Shown here piece after piece: positions 18,393-27,829 of a stretch of 64,000 nt of DNA. The notes beneath the pieces are model-generated. The model saw only the letters and a program-made list of their open reading frames with translations. It searched no databases and was not told the origin of the DNA. This DNA is from Fibrobacterota bacterium. Its GTDB lineage: Bacteria > Fibrobacterota > Fibrobacteria > UBA11236. The first letter of the stretch is position 1; each line of letters opens with the position of its first letter. Both the position numbers and the translations under genes were made by a program. The stretch covers positions 2,285 to 66,284 of the forward strand of contig CANIEU010000011.1 in the NCBI GenBank assembly GCA_947466585.1. The letters are read 5' to 3'.

Positions 18393-20444
18393 ATGCCGCG
18401 TTTTCCCGCGGACATGGGGTGCGCTCGTTTTTGCGTCTTCGCTCTAGCGATGACCGTAGTCGGTGCGCGCGCTTCGAGCTCGTCAACCTCGTTGACCTCG
18501 TCGAACGATACCCTCGATCTACCTCCCACTGCAACGCACGGCGCGCGCCCCGTCACACCCGAATCCGGCGTTCATCGCATCGAAGGTGCCGCCCTGCGCC
18601 GCTTTGCCACGCTTGAAGATGCGCTCGCTTCCCTGCCCGGATTTCACGTGCGACGCGCAGGTGGCCTCGGTGGCTATTCCGAATTGAGCTTTCGCGGCGC
18701 CCGCGCTTCCGCCGTCGAAGTCTTCGTCGATGGTGTGCGCCTGAACCAAGACGGCGACGGCCCACCCGACCTTTCCAAATGGCCGTCGCTCTGGTTCACC
18801 TCGTTGGAAGCGCGCACGGGTTTTGATGCCGCTGGCTCGAGTTCGGGCACCTTGGCGCGCATCGATCTATCCACGCGCAGTGACCATTCCGCCGAAGCGC
18901 ACGCGCGCGCCGGGAGCTTCGGTACGATCGAGGCGGCGGCTCAGGTTCAGACGGAATTCGGTCGCGGCCGTCCCGCAGAACCGGGATGGCGGTGGACGTT
19001 CGGCGTCGAGGGGCAGTCCGCTCGCAACGATTATCCGGTGAACAGCGACAACGGTACGGTGTACAATCCCGATGATGACGTCGTGTGGAACATGGACAAC
19101 AACGCCTACCGAAGTCGCGGCGCGCGCGCCGCGGCGCGTCATGGAGACGGATCTCGATCCCAAAGTTTTTCACTGCTGTGGCTGGATTCCCGCAAGGAGT
19201 ATCCGGGCCTGTTCGCTTCTTCATCGCACGCATATACGCTACGCACGGATTGGTTGGCGGCGTGGCGGATGACGCGATCTTTCCTGGAGCGGGACGAACA
19301 GGGAGGCGCCGCTGCGGTTTTTGAGGCGGGGGTGCAAGCGCGTCGCTTCGAGGATTCCTACCACGATCCCGGCCAGACCTTGGGGACATTCTCCTTCGAA
19401 CAGGCTCGCGTGTCGCATGCGGTGGAAGCGGATGCTGCCGTAGGTTTGCCGTTGTTGGTGCGCGGCTTCGGTGACTGGAGCGTACGCAGTGACGTGCGGC
19501 TTCGCGCCGAAAATGTCGACCCAACCGTGACGCCCAATACCCAGCACATGACATCGCCCGCTGCGCAACGCTATGAGGCCGGTGGAGGTTTGCGCGCCAC
19601 GGTTCTCCTTCCTGCTGCGCTGATCGTGGTCGCTGAAGTTCGCCCAGCTTTGATCCGTTTCAATGCGGATGGCGTGCGACCCTTTCCTTCAGGGCCTCTG
19701 AGTGCGCCGGTCTCGGAGGTCTTCACGCCCGTGGCCATGCGCTTGGCATTTGAGGCGAATACGCGCATGGGAGTTTGGAGTGCTTTGTTGCGTCGCGAAC
19801 CGCGTCCGCCTTCCACGGCAGAATATCTCGGCGACAACAATGGCATTCAGCACAACCCCGAACTGCAAGCGGAAGAAAACCGTTCCGCTTCGCTGTCGTA
19901 TCGCATTGCGAGTGCGAATGGTCCGCGAACTGCAAGCTTGCAAACGACGGTTTATGCGAACACCTACAACTCACCGATCCGGCTGGCCGCGCGCGGCGCT
20001 TCGCCCTTCTTGCGTTACGAGAATGGCGCGGACTATCGCGCGTTCGGGGCGGAGTGGTCGGCATACGCATCCACCGGACTCTTCGAAGGCATGCTCTCTC
20101 TCTCCGCCCAAGATGCGGAAATCCTGGAAGGTCTCGACGCCGGCAACCGCCCGGCCCATCTCAGCGAGGTGGAAGCGCATGCCGAAACCTATCTCAAGCC
20201 CGTCACCGGAAGCCGGCTTGGCCCAGTGCTCGACTTCAGAGGCCCGTATTATCCCGGAGAAGCCAATATCCCCGACTCGCGGCGCGCTGCGGAATGGGAT
20301 CTGGGAGCGCACGTCGATTACGAACACGGCCGCGTCCGGTTCGCGCTCGACGGCCGCAACATCCTCGATCATCGTACCCGCGACTTCGCCTACAGCCCGC
20401 GCAGTGGGCGCAGTTGGTCCGCCCTCATTTCGCTCTCACTGTAA
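18393..20444 (+). CDS. btuB: TonB-dependent receptor, probable cobalamin transporter
   Basis: Plug motifs L..LPG..V...GG.G..S.L.FRG and V.VFVDGV.LN; C-terminal NILD..GR barrel end. Lies downstream of the riboswitch; SD GAGGAAGG. Confidence 0.8.
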   Translation: MPRFPADMGCARFCVFALAMTVVGARASSSSTSLTSSNDTLDLPPTATHGARPVTPESGVHRIEGAALRRFATLEDALASLPGFHVRRAGGLGGYSELSFRGARASAVEVFVDGVRLNQDGDGPPDLSKWPSLWFTSLEARTGFDAAGSSSGTLARIDLSTRSDHSAEAHARAGSFGTIEAAAQVQTEFGRGRPAEPGWRWTFGVEGQSARNDYPVNSDNGTVYNPDDDVVWNMDNNAYRSRGARAAARHGDGSRSQSFSLLWLDSRKEYPGLFASSSHAYTLRTDWLAAWRMTRSFLERDEQGGAAAVFEAGVQARRFEDSYHDPGQTLGTFSFEQARVSHAVEADAAVGLPLLVRGFGDWSVRSDVRLRAENVDPTVTPNTQHMTSPAAQRYEAGGGLRATVLLPAALIVVAEVRPALIRFNADGVRPFPSGPLSAPVSEVFTPVAMRLAFEANTRMGVWSALLRREPRPPSTAEYLGDNNGIQHNPELQAEENRSASLSYRIASANGPRTASLQTTVYANTYNSPIRLAARGASPFLRYENGADYRAFGAEWSAYASTGLFEGMLSLSAQDAEILEGLDAGNRPAHLSEVEAHAETYLKPVTGSRLGPVLDFRGPYYPGEANIPDSRRAAEWDLGAHVDYEHGRVRFALDGRNILDHRTRDFAYSPRSGRSWSALISLSL

Positions 20445-20472
20445 TCATTCACATCCCCTCAGGAGTCCACTC

Positions 20473-21588
20473 ATGAATCGTTTTCGACGCTCAAAAACCA
20501 TACTGAAGACCGCACTGGTTTTATCGATCGCGGTCTTCACTGGGTGCGACCTATTCAATCCCGAGGACGAATCGTCGCCCGAGGGCGTTTCGGGCCTTGA
20601 GTCGTCGTGGATCGGCCAACATCGCGACAGTCTGAAATTTGCACAGTCCGTCGCCTTCCAGGATGGCCGTTTATACGTGACGAATCGCCACGCGACCACT
20701 CCCGGAACAGCCGTGATCGATACCGCTACGGGCAACATCATTGCGTACTATCCTCAGTTGCTGAAACCCTCCGGCATGACCTTTACGGCCTCCGGCAAGC
20801 TGGTGGTGGGCGAAGGATCCTTCGGACAACCAGGCGGAATCAGCGTGATCGATCCGTCCACGACACGCATCCGCCAAAGCGTGATCAGTTTCGATCAGGA
20901 CAATGTCGTGACCAGTTCCGACGGACGCGTCTACCTCTTCAATCGCACCCTCGGCGTGGTCACGGGGTTTGCCGGCGACACGCCGGGGTTGAAGGTGACG
21001 CTCAACGCGCAGACTGGCGCTAACAGCAATCCCTACGGCATTGCGGTTTCGGGCGGCAAGGGATATATCCCCCGTTACAACCTTTCGTCCCTGCTCATCC
21101 TCGGCGATGTGACCCAACTTTCGGGAGGAGCCCGCGACTCCATCGATCTTTCCGTCTACGCGGAAACCACTGCCGGAGGCGTGCCCTTCATGTCGTTGGT
21201 CGCCGCTCAAGGCGGTTACGTATTTGTTGCGCTGCAAAGCTTTAAAGCGGATTATTCCGGGCAGGATTCCGGTCTTGTCGTCGTGATCAACGCCGCGACC
21301 AAGGTGATCGAGAAGACGATCACGCTACAGTTCAAGAACCCGAGTTTCGGCGTGGTGAAAGATGGTGTCTGGTATATCGCCGGTTTGGGCGATTACCTCG
21401 CCCTCGATGGCGGTGTGGAAAAGATCGATCTCGCAACGCGCCAGTATGCGGGCGTTGTGGTCACGGAAGCAACGCTCGGCGGCGATGTCGGAAACCTTGC
21501 GATCACCGGCACCAACGCGGGATACGCCACCTACAGCAGCGATTTCTTTACGACGACGCGCGTTAAAAAGTTCGCACTCGTTCCGTAA
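20473..21588 (+). CDS. Beta-propeller lipoprotein, BtuG/YncE-like
   Basis: SD AGGAG, lipobox VFTG-C, YVTN-type blades (LYVTN, SNPYGIAV..GKGYI, VVVIN..T..IEKTI.L..KNP). Confidence 0.72.
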   Translation: MNRFRRSKTILKTALVLSIAVFTGCDLFNPEDESSPEGVSGLESSWIGQHRDSLKFAQSVAFQDGRLYVTNRHATTPGTAVIDTATGNIIAYYPQLLKPSGMTFTASGKLVVGEGSFGQPGGISVIDPSTTRIRQSVISFDQDNVVTSSDGRVYLFNRTLGVVTGFAGDTPGLKVTLNAQTGANSNPYGIAVSGGKGYIPRYNLSSLLILGDVTQLSGGARDSIDLSVYAETTAGGVPFMSLVAAQGGYVFVALQSFKADYSGQDSGLVVVINAATKVIEKTITLQFKNPSFGVVKDGVWYIAGLGDYLALDGGVEKIDLATRQYAGVVVTEATLGGDVGNLAITGTNAGYATYSSDFFTTTRVKKFALVP

Positions 21589-21683
21589 TTGCAATCAAAC
21601 CGGGTTGGGGGGCGAGTCACTCCCCGGTCTGACCTGAGGCGGTACGCTTCGCGGGCAAAAACCCGGGTGAAAAATTGGGCAAC

Positions 21684-21717
21684 AAAAAAGGGCCCGCTTT
21701 GCAGCGGACCCTTTTTT
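21684..21717. terminator. Bidirectional intrinsic terminator
   Basis: A6-GGGCCCGCT-TTGC-AGCGGACCC-T6 between convergent genes. Confidence 0.8.
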
Positions 21718-21745
21718 CATTCAACGGTGATCTGGGGTTACCAGA

Positions 21746-22054
21746 TTACCAACGACGGGGACCGCGTTCGCCGCGATCGCCACCGCCGAAACCGCCGGAG
21801 CGCGGACGCTCTTCACGGGGACGGGCTTCGTTCACGTTGATGGCGCGACCCTTGAGGTCTTTGCCGTTCAGTTCGTCGACGGCCTTGCGGGCCTCGGCGT
21901 CATTGGGCATTTCGACGAACGCAAAGCCACGGGACTTGCCCGTTTCGCGATCCGTCATGATCTTGGCAGAAGTCACTTCACCGTAGGCGCCAAAAGCCGC
22001 TTCGAGATCCGCTTGAGTGGTGGTCCAAGCGAGGTTACCGACAAACAAATTCAT
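21746..22054 (-). CDS. RNA recognition motif (RRM) RNA-binding protein
   Basis: RNP2 LFVGNL, RNP1 RGFAFVEM, VNEARPRE, Gly/Arg-rich tail. Confidence 0.95.
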   Translation of the reverse strand: MNLFVGNLAWTTTQADLEAAFGAYGEVTSAKIMTDRETGKSRGFAFVEMPNDAEARKAVDELNGKDLKGRAINVNEARPREERPRSGGFGGGDRGERGPRRW

Positions 22055-22429
22055 ACACTTTTCCTTGATGGGGTTTGGATGGTTAAATCCAAATGGAGCG
22101 GCCTTGAACACGGGGAACAGGAACTTCAAAAGGACTCAACGAATAAGGTAGGATTAAAAAGGGATTTTTGCACAGGAATATGCGGAAAATCCTTTTAAGT
22201 CCTTTCAGGTCAGGCGTTTGAATCCTCTCCCTTGTGAAAATCGCACCTAAAAATGTCCCGATTTGGTGCAAATTCATAACAATTGCGTTTCGAGCCGACC
22301 AAAATCGGTCCTCGGAACACTCATTTTGCGGATCGGGGTTCAGGGCCCTGCAACCCCGAAATCCTAACTTGGCCCGAAGCGGGGGACGGAATGCTCCACT
22401 CCCGGCTTTTGAAAAGGCGATCCGCTCCC

Positions 22430-22744
22430 ATGGCCGCAACCCGTTGGCAGGTTTACCTGGTCCGCTGCCGTGACAATACGCTTTATTGCGGGATTGCGAC
22501 CGATCTTGCCCGCCGGTTGGCTCAGCACAATGCCGGAGCGGGCGCCAAATACATCGTGCCCTCCCGCCGTCCGTCCACCTGCGTGTGGAAACGAAGGGCG
22601 CGTGATCAGGGCGAGGCCCTGCGTCTGGAGTACTGGTTGAAGCAGCGGACTGTCGCCGACAAGCGGCGCCTCGCCGAAGGGTCTGCCGGATTGCGGCGGA
22701 CTCCGGACGGCGGCTGGCGGATCGTGGCCAAAAAGGGGATATGA
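22430..22744 (+). CDS. GIY-YIG nuclease family protein (YhbQ/UPF0213-like)
   Basis: VYLVRCRDNTLYCGI.TDL.RR..QHN.G.GAKY, AL.LE..LK. Confidence 0.85.
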   Translation: MAATRWQVYLVRCRDNTLYCGIATDLARRLAQHNAGAGAKYIVPSRRPSTCVWKRRARDQGEALRLEYWLKQRTVADKRRLAEGSAGLRRTPDGGWRIVAKKGI

Positions 22745-22768
22745 CTGGGGAACGGAGGTTATCCGTGA

Positions 22769-25045
22769 TAGGATGGTACACCATCCTACACTCATTTAGA
22801 ACTCACTTGAATGGATTCGGAGAATACTGGAGGGACGTTTTCGCGGAAAATCGTGAATTCTCACGTGTAATGCTCCTTGAGGCCCTACTTCCCGATAACC
22901 AGCAGACCACTTGCATTTCCAATAAGCCGAAGCCCTAACCTGCTACCAAGGTGGAGCAGTTTTGGGTTTTCCGCCAGTTCGATGTGACTTTTCAGATCGA
23001 TTTCTTGGCCATCGCTTCTTTGTTTGGCCAACATAAATTCCACGGAATTCGTAATCGTTCGCATTTTCCGAACGATTTCCCCCGATTCCTTACGTTTATT
23101 TCGGCAGGCGAGATTAAATCTGTGTAGAGAAAAAACCAAATGCGACGCATTAAACATTTAATCCTTGGCTCGATGCTTTTATTCGGATCCGTGTCGACCT
23201 CGTTCGCACAGGGAGCTTGGACAAAGCAGGTATCAGGAACAACGAGAACATTGGGTTCGGTGGCTTGGACGGGTACTCAACTGGTAGCCGTGGGTGACAG
23301 CGGCGCAGTTCTGACATCGCCCGATGGCATCACCTGGGCATCCCGGTCTTCAGGTTCGACGGCTGTTTTGGAATTCGTAACCTGGACCGGCAGCCAACTC
23401 ATCGCAGTGGGCAGGCTTGGGACCATTCTCACTTCACAGGATGGAGTGACATGGACGCCACGTACTTCCGGAATCACCGGGAATCTTATTTCAGTCACAT
23501 GGACCGGGAGCCAATTTGTTGCTGTTGGCAGGACAACTCTTGCGCGACCGAATGACACCGGCATCGTAATGACGTCTCCTGATGGAGTGAACTGGACATC
23601 CCGGGCATATGGCATCCGGGGTGGACTGAACTCCGTGACATGGACGGGGAGCCAATTGGTGGCGGTGGGATATACCTATACGGTGAACGGGAACATCACT
23701 ACTACGAGAAGACTCGTCGCCACTTCACCAGATGGTGTGATGTGGACATCCACCTCCTCAAGCACATCGAGCTTAAATAAAGTGATTTGGACGGGGAACG
23801 GTTTGATAGCTGTTGGCGACAACGCAATCTTAACGTCTCCCGACGGTACGACGTGGACGGCACGATTTTCCATTTACTCTCAAACCTTGTGGTCCGTGGT
23901 TTCGACAGGCACACTCTATGTGACGGTGGGCTCGTCCGGCACGGTGCTGAATTCGCTGGATGGAGTAATCTGGACGGCACGCAATTCTGGTGTTACGGAT
24001 GGTTTGTATTCCATAACTTGGACCGGCGCGCAATTCGTCTCCGTGGGCCCGGCAGGCACAATCCATACCTCGCCAAGGGAAACCGTTTCTCCCGCTCCCC
24101 TATTAACCGCCCCGGCGCAAAATGCAATGAACATTTCGACGGCTCCGACTTTGACCTGGGGCGCGCTCCCCGAAGCAGCCTCATACAGGCTTCAAGTTTC
24201 AACCGATTCAGGATTTACCACGATCCTGGTCGATGATTCCACCCTTACCACACCCACCAGAGCCATCGGCCCCTTGGAGGTGAATACGGGTTACTACTGG
24301 CGGGTGAACGGCAAAAATACGGCGGGGACGGGTGCATTTTCGGCAATCTGGAACTTCACCACAGCCTCTACGATCTCAATTCCTGCGCCACCCAAACTGG
24401 CTTCCCCAACGGATAATTTCTCCGGGTTCGGTTCTACGTATCTAACCTGGAATGCATCCATCGGAGCGACATCCTACCGGATTCAAATGTCTACGGACTC
24501 TACGTTTTCAACCACGTTGATTGATGATTCCACGGTTACGGGTACTTCGCGATTCTCGGGAAACGTTCAACTCTACACTTACTATTACTGGAGAGTGAAT
24601 GCGAAAAACACATCTGGAACTAGCGCCTATTCGGAAGTTTGGAGATTCACCTCAGCGCCGGATGCAATTTCACCCCAAGTGCTGGCTCATCAACAATTAA
24701 AAATTGAAGCCGGGAATATCCTGCGCTTCTTCCTCCCGCATCGCACCCGCGTGATCATCCAGCTTTTCGATTCCCAAGGCCGGATGCTTTCACAACTGCT
24801 CAACGAAACTCGCGATGCCGGTTATTACAACCTTCCCCTGAGCAACGAGCTGCGGGGATCCTATTACCTCGACTTCCGCGCCGGGGGTTATCACCGCTCA
24901 CTTCGATACGACCCAAGCCCCACTCAGTGAGCGGTTCTTCGCTTTTAGAGACAGGCGATGACTGAGCCCTAAGTGCCGGGGTTCATGACCTTGAACCTTT
25001 TTTCCCGCGTGGGGATAAACCGGAGGGGGTTAGGATGGTACACCA
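22769..25045. mobile_element. Integrase-less genomic islet at the 3' end of tRNA-Arg, bounded by a 15-bp direct repeat TAGGATGGTACACCA
   Basis: Repeat copies at 22769-22783 and 25031-25045, the latter overlapping the tRNA 3' end. The interior is visibly lower in GC than the flanks. Confidence 0.65.
23140..24930 (+). CDS. Secreted BNR/Asp-box beta-propeller + 2x FN3-like + T9SS/FlgD-like C-terminal domain protein
   Basis: Signal peptide, about six repeats of (V)TWTGSQ.VAVG..G..LTSPDG.TW, two SYR.Q.STDS.F..YYWRVN modules, C-terminal IQLFDSQGR..GSYYL. Confidence 0.8.
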   Translation: MRRIKHLILGSMLLFGSVSTSFAQGAWTKQVSGTTRTLGSVAWTGTQLVAVGDSGAVLTSPDGITWASRSSGSTAVLEFVTWTGSQLIAVGRLGTILTSQDGVTWTPRTSGITGNLISVTWTGSQFVAVGRTTLARPNDTGIVMTSPDGVNWTSRAYGIRGGLNSVTWTGSQLVAVGYTYTVNGNITTTRRLVATSPDGVMWTSTSSSTSSLNKVIWTGNGLIAVGDNAILTSPDGTTWTARFSIYSQTLWSVVSTGTLYVTVGSSGTVLNSLDGVIWTARNSGVTDGLYSITWTGAQFVSVGPAGTIHTSPRETVSPAPLLTAPAQNAMNISTAPTLTWGALPEAASYRLQVSTDSGFTTILVDDSTLTTPTRAIGPLEVNTGYYWRVNGKNTAGTGAFSAIWNFTTASTISIPAPPKLASPTDNFSGFGSTYLTWNASIGATSYRIQMSTDSTFSTTLIDDSTVTGTSRFSGNVQLYTYYYWRVNAKNTSGTSAYSEVWRFTSAPDAISPQVLAHQQLKIEAGNILRFFLPHRTRVIIQLFDSQGRMLSQLLNETRDAGYYNLPLSNELRGSYYLDFRAGGYHRSLRYDPSPTQ

Positions 25046-25112
25046 GACAGGAGTCGAACCTGTGACCTCCGCCTTCGGAGGGCGGCGCTCTATCCAGCTG
25101 AGCTACTGGTGC
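25036..25112 (-). tRNA. tRNA-Arg (anticodon CCG)
   Basis: GCACCAGTAGCTCAGCTGGATAGAGCGCCGCCCT-CCG-AAGGCGGAGGTCACAGGTTCGACTCCTGTCTGGTGTACCA forms a 77-nt cloverleaf with encoded CCA. Confidence 0.97.
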
Positions 25113-25232
25113 CCGAAGAGGGGCCTAAGGTAGCACTTTCAGACGGGTTTTTCGGAGGATTCGGCGTAAGGCTCTTCCTTGTCCGGAACCCTCCACGCTC
25201 CGCGGCGGCTCTCCATCGCCTTTCATTTCAGT

Positions 25233-25652
25233 CTAGGCCACCAGCGCACGCACCAGGATTTTCCGCTCCTCCGGGTGTTTCCGGTGTTCGCAGAGATAGA
25301 TGCCCTGCCACGTGCCCAGCAGCATTCTACCCTCGGCCACAGGAATCGAAAGGCTCACGCCTGTGAGGATCGACTTCATGTGCGAAGAGGAGTCGTCGTC
25401 ACCTTCAATCGTGTGCGCGTGCCACACTTCACCGTCGGGTGCGATGCGGTCGAGGAACGCCTCGAGGTCGCGCTTGGCGGTCGGGTCGTAGTTCTCGCTG
25501 ATGCACAGTGAGGCGCCCGTATGTTTTAAAAACAAAAAGACCATACCCTCGCGCACTCCCAATCGGGAGAGCTCCGCTGCAACGAGGGGCGTGATGTCGT
25601 GTAGTCCGCGACGGGGAGCGCGCGCGCGGAGATCGGAGGCTTTCCAGTCCAT
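25233..25652 (-). CDS. yjbQ: YjbQ/UPF0047 secondary thiamine-phosphate synthase family
   Basis: HTGASL.ISEN.DP, HT.EG.DD..SH.KS, LGTWQGIYLCEHR. Confidence 0.92.
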   Translation of the reverse strand: MDWKASDLRARAPRRGLHDITPLVAAELSRLGVREGMVFLFLKHTGASLCISENYDPTAKRDLEAFLDRIAPDGEVWHAHTIEGDDDSSSHMKSILTGVSLSIPVAEGRMLLGTWQGIYLCEHRKHPEERKILVRALVA

Positions 25653-25756
25653 GGGTCAAAAGTAAATTGAGCCCAGTCTCTTCGGATACAAAGCACCCAG
25701 ACCCAGCATGTTCATTAAGCACGGTGTGATTCGTGGCACGGCGTTATATTCGCCGC

Positions 25757-26515
25757 ATGGACAAAAAATACTGGGAGAAGGTGGCGCGCGATTACGACGG
25801 CGAAATCTTCGACTCGCTCGCCAGCGATCGGAACGGTACGATCCTCGGCCATCTCGAACGGATCGGGAAACGGGTCGGAAAAAAAGGCACCGCTTGCGAT
25901 TTCGGATGCGGCGTGGGTAAATACCTGCCGGCCTTGGCGCGGAACGTGGGTGTGGTGCACGCTACCGATCTTTCGGACGAATGCGTGCGGCAAGCGCGGG
26001 CCGCGTGCGGCCATCTGAAAAACGTCACCATCCATCAAGGCGATTTATCCGTTTTGACTCATACGGTGGGGCAGGTGGATTTCGTCCTGTGCACCAACGT
26101 GCTGATCATGCCATCCGAAAAAATGCGTGCGGGTATTTTGAAGCGCCTCGCCGCCGCCGTCAAGCCCGGCGGGTCGCTGCTTCTGCTCGTGCCCGCGATG
26201 GAATCCGCCTTGTATGCGCACGCGCGCCGCGCGGAGTGGCTGCAACGCTCACCGAAAGCGCGTGTGATCGCCTCCACGACCTACACCGGTGTGGGAGGCA
26301 AGGATCTCTTCAACGGTATTCTCGGCATCGGCAAGGTGCGCACCAAGCATTGGCTGAAAGAGGAACTGGTCTCCGTATTGGGCGTAAAAGGCTTCGTGGT
26401 CGAAGCGGTGGACAAGGCGGAGTACGACTGGAAGACCGAATTCCACACTCCGCCGCGGTGGATGAGGGACCCGTATCCGTGGGATTGGATCGTGGTGGCG
26501 CGTCGCTTGCCGTAA
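25757..26515 (+). CDS. Class I SAM-dependent methyltransferase
   Basis: DFGCGVG motif [15 protein letters not shown]. Confidence 0.85.
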   Translation: MDKKYWEKVARDYDGEIFDSLASDRNGTILGHLERIGKRVGKKGTACDFGCGVGKYLPALARNVGVVHATDLSDECVRQARAACGHLKNVTIHQGDLSVLTHTVGQVDFVLCTNVLIMPSEKMRAGILKRLAAAVKPGGSLLLLVPAMESALYAHARRAEWLQRSPKARVIASTTYTGVGGKDLFNGILGIGKVRTKHWLKEELVSVLGVKGFVVEAVDKAEYDWKTEFHTPPRWMRDPYPWDWIVVARRLP

Positions 26516-26642
26516 ATGGAATCGGGTGGAAGGGGAAGGAACCGAAATCAACCCCTTCTGTTCGCCTCTACTTATTGTTCCCTTTGCCGCGTTCGCTCCG
26601 GCGCGCCGTCCAGGCGTCGCTTCAATCATCGGAAGGTTCGTC

Positions 26643-26846
26643 ATGCGTATACGTGGAACTGTGAAGTGGTATAACGAAACGAAAGGATTCGGGTTCATCG
26701 GCGTGGAAAACGGGCCCGATGTGTTCGTGCATTACAACGCCATTCAACCCAACGGTCTGCGCACGCTGACCGAAGGTGCAGCAGTGGAGTTGGATGTGGT
26801 CTCGGGAAAGAAAGGGCCGCAGGCCGAGAACGTAACCTTGGCCTGA
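26643..26846 (+). CDS. Cold-shock domain protein
   Basis: [29 protein letters not shown]. Confidence 0.95.
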   Translation: MRIRGTVKWYNETKGFGFIGVENGPDVFVHYNAIQPNGLRTLTEGAAVELDVVSGKKGPQAENVTLA

Positions 26847-26902
26847 TTCTAGCCGAAGGCTATTCGAAACTACCCGAAGGCCAGTCGAAACCTAGTCTAA
26901 GG

Positions 26903-27829
26903 TCACGCTGCGATTTCCTGCGCGCAGGCTTTCACGTACAGGTCTTTCAACTTGGCGAAAACGGGCCCGGGTTTTCCGGTTCCGACTTTTTGCTTTTCGA
27001 TGCGCGTGATCGGCACCGGACCGCGTACCGAAGAGCAGAGAAATGCCTCGGTCATGCGCGGAATGTCTGCGGGAAAGATCTCGCCCTCGCGGTAGGGCAG
27101 TTTGGCGCGTTTGAGTTCGCGCAGCAGCACCTGACGCGTGATGCCGGGAAGGATGCCCGTATCGATCGAAGGGGTCACCGCAACCGCATGTCCGTTCTCT
27201 AGGAACACGCCGAAAAAGCTGGAGGTCGAGAGCTCTGCGATTTCGCCGCGTGCTCCGAGCAGGATTGCCTCGTAACAGTCGCGCGCATCGCCCTCGGCCT
27301 TTGCAAATATGTTGGCGAGATAATTGATCGACTTCACGCGCGGATCGAGACCCGAGGCGGCCGCCTTGTTGATCGACGAAATGGCGACCTTCACGCCTTG
27401 CGTCAGGATTTTCGGAGGAAGTTCCGATACCGGCGTGGCCGTGATGATGAGCGTGGGCGGCACCGCGGGGTCGATGGAGAGGCCGCCGAAATACCGGCCG
27501 CGCGTCAATGTGATGCGTACGGCGACGTCCAGCGCCTTGTTCTTGCGGCAAAGCGTGGCGATGATTTTGCGCAGCGCGGCCTCATCGACGGGCACCCTGA
27601 TGCGCAGCCGGCGCGCGGAGCGCAGCAGACGCGCGAAATGCAATTTCAGGAATTCCGGTTTTCCGCCATGTGCGCGCAGCGTCTCGAAGAGGCCGTCGCC
27701 CAGCACGAGCCCTCGATCAAAAACCGACACAGATGCCAAGTCAGCTCGCACGATGCGTCCATTGACCCAGACCCAGCCCTCAGGTTTCTGAAGAGGTTTC
27801 TGAGCCGGGTTTTTAATAGCGCGCGGCAA
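26903..27829 (-). CDS. Aminotransferase class IV (IlvE/PabC/D-amino-acid aminotransferase family)
   Basis: SVFDRGL..GDGLFETLR, VKSINY, ILPGITR, EAFLCSS. Start uncertain; TTG 27829 assumed. Confidence 0.88.
   Translation of the reverse strand: MPRAIKNPAQKPLQKPEGWVWVNGRIVRADLASVSVFDRGLVLGDGLFETLRAHGGKPEFLKLHFARLLRSARRLRIRVPVDEAALRKIIATLCRKNKALDVAVRITLTRGRYFGGLSIDPAVPPTLIITATPVSELPPKILTQGVKVAISSINKAAASGLDPRVKSINYLANIFAKAEGDARDCYEAILLGARGEIAELSTSSFFGVFLENGHAVAVTPSIDTGILPGITRQVLLRELKRAKLPYREGEIFPADIPRMTEAFLCSSVRGPVPITRIEKQKVGTGKPGPVFAKLKDLYVKACAQEIAA

Noticed and set aside
21589-21680. Possible structured ncRNA (SRP-like or riboswitch) after the lipoprotein gene
   Set aside because: Only short hairpins are present, with no diagnostic conserved motif.
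22430-22744. GIY-YIG protein as homing or mobilising nuclease of the islet
   Set aside because: It is the short housekeeping YhbQ-like type, has host-like GC and lies outside the direct repeat.
22741-23157. Small ORFs in the islet as integrase remnants
   Set aside because: No recombinase motifs are recognisable in the 65-aa or 90-aa translations.
25735-25750. Sigma-54 promoter (TGGCACG)
   Set aside because: The -12 TTGC element is missing; TATATT fits the -10 pattern instead.
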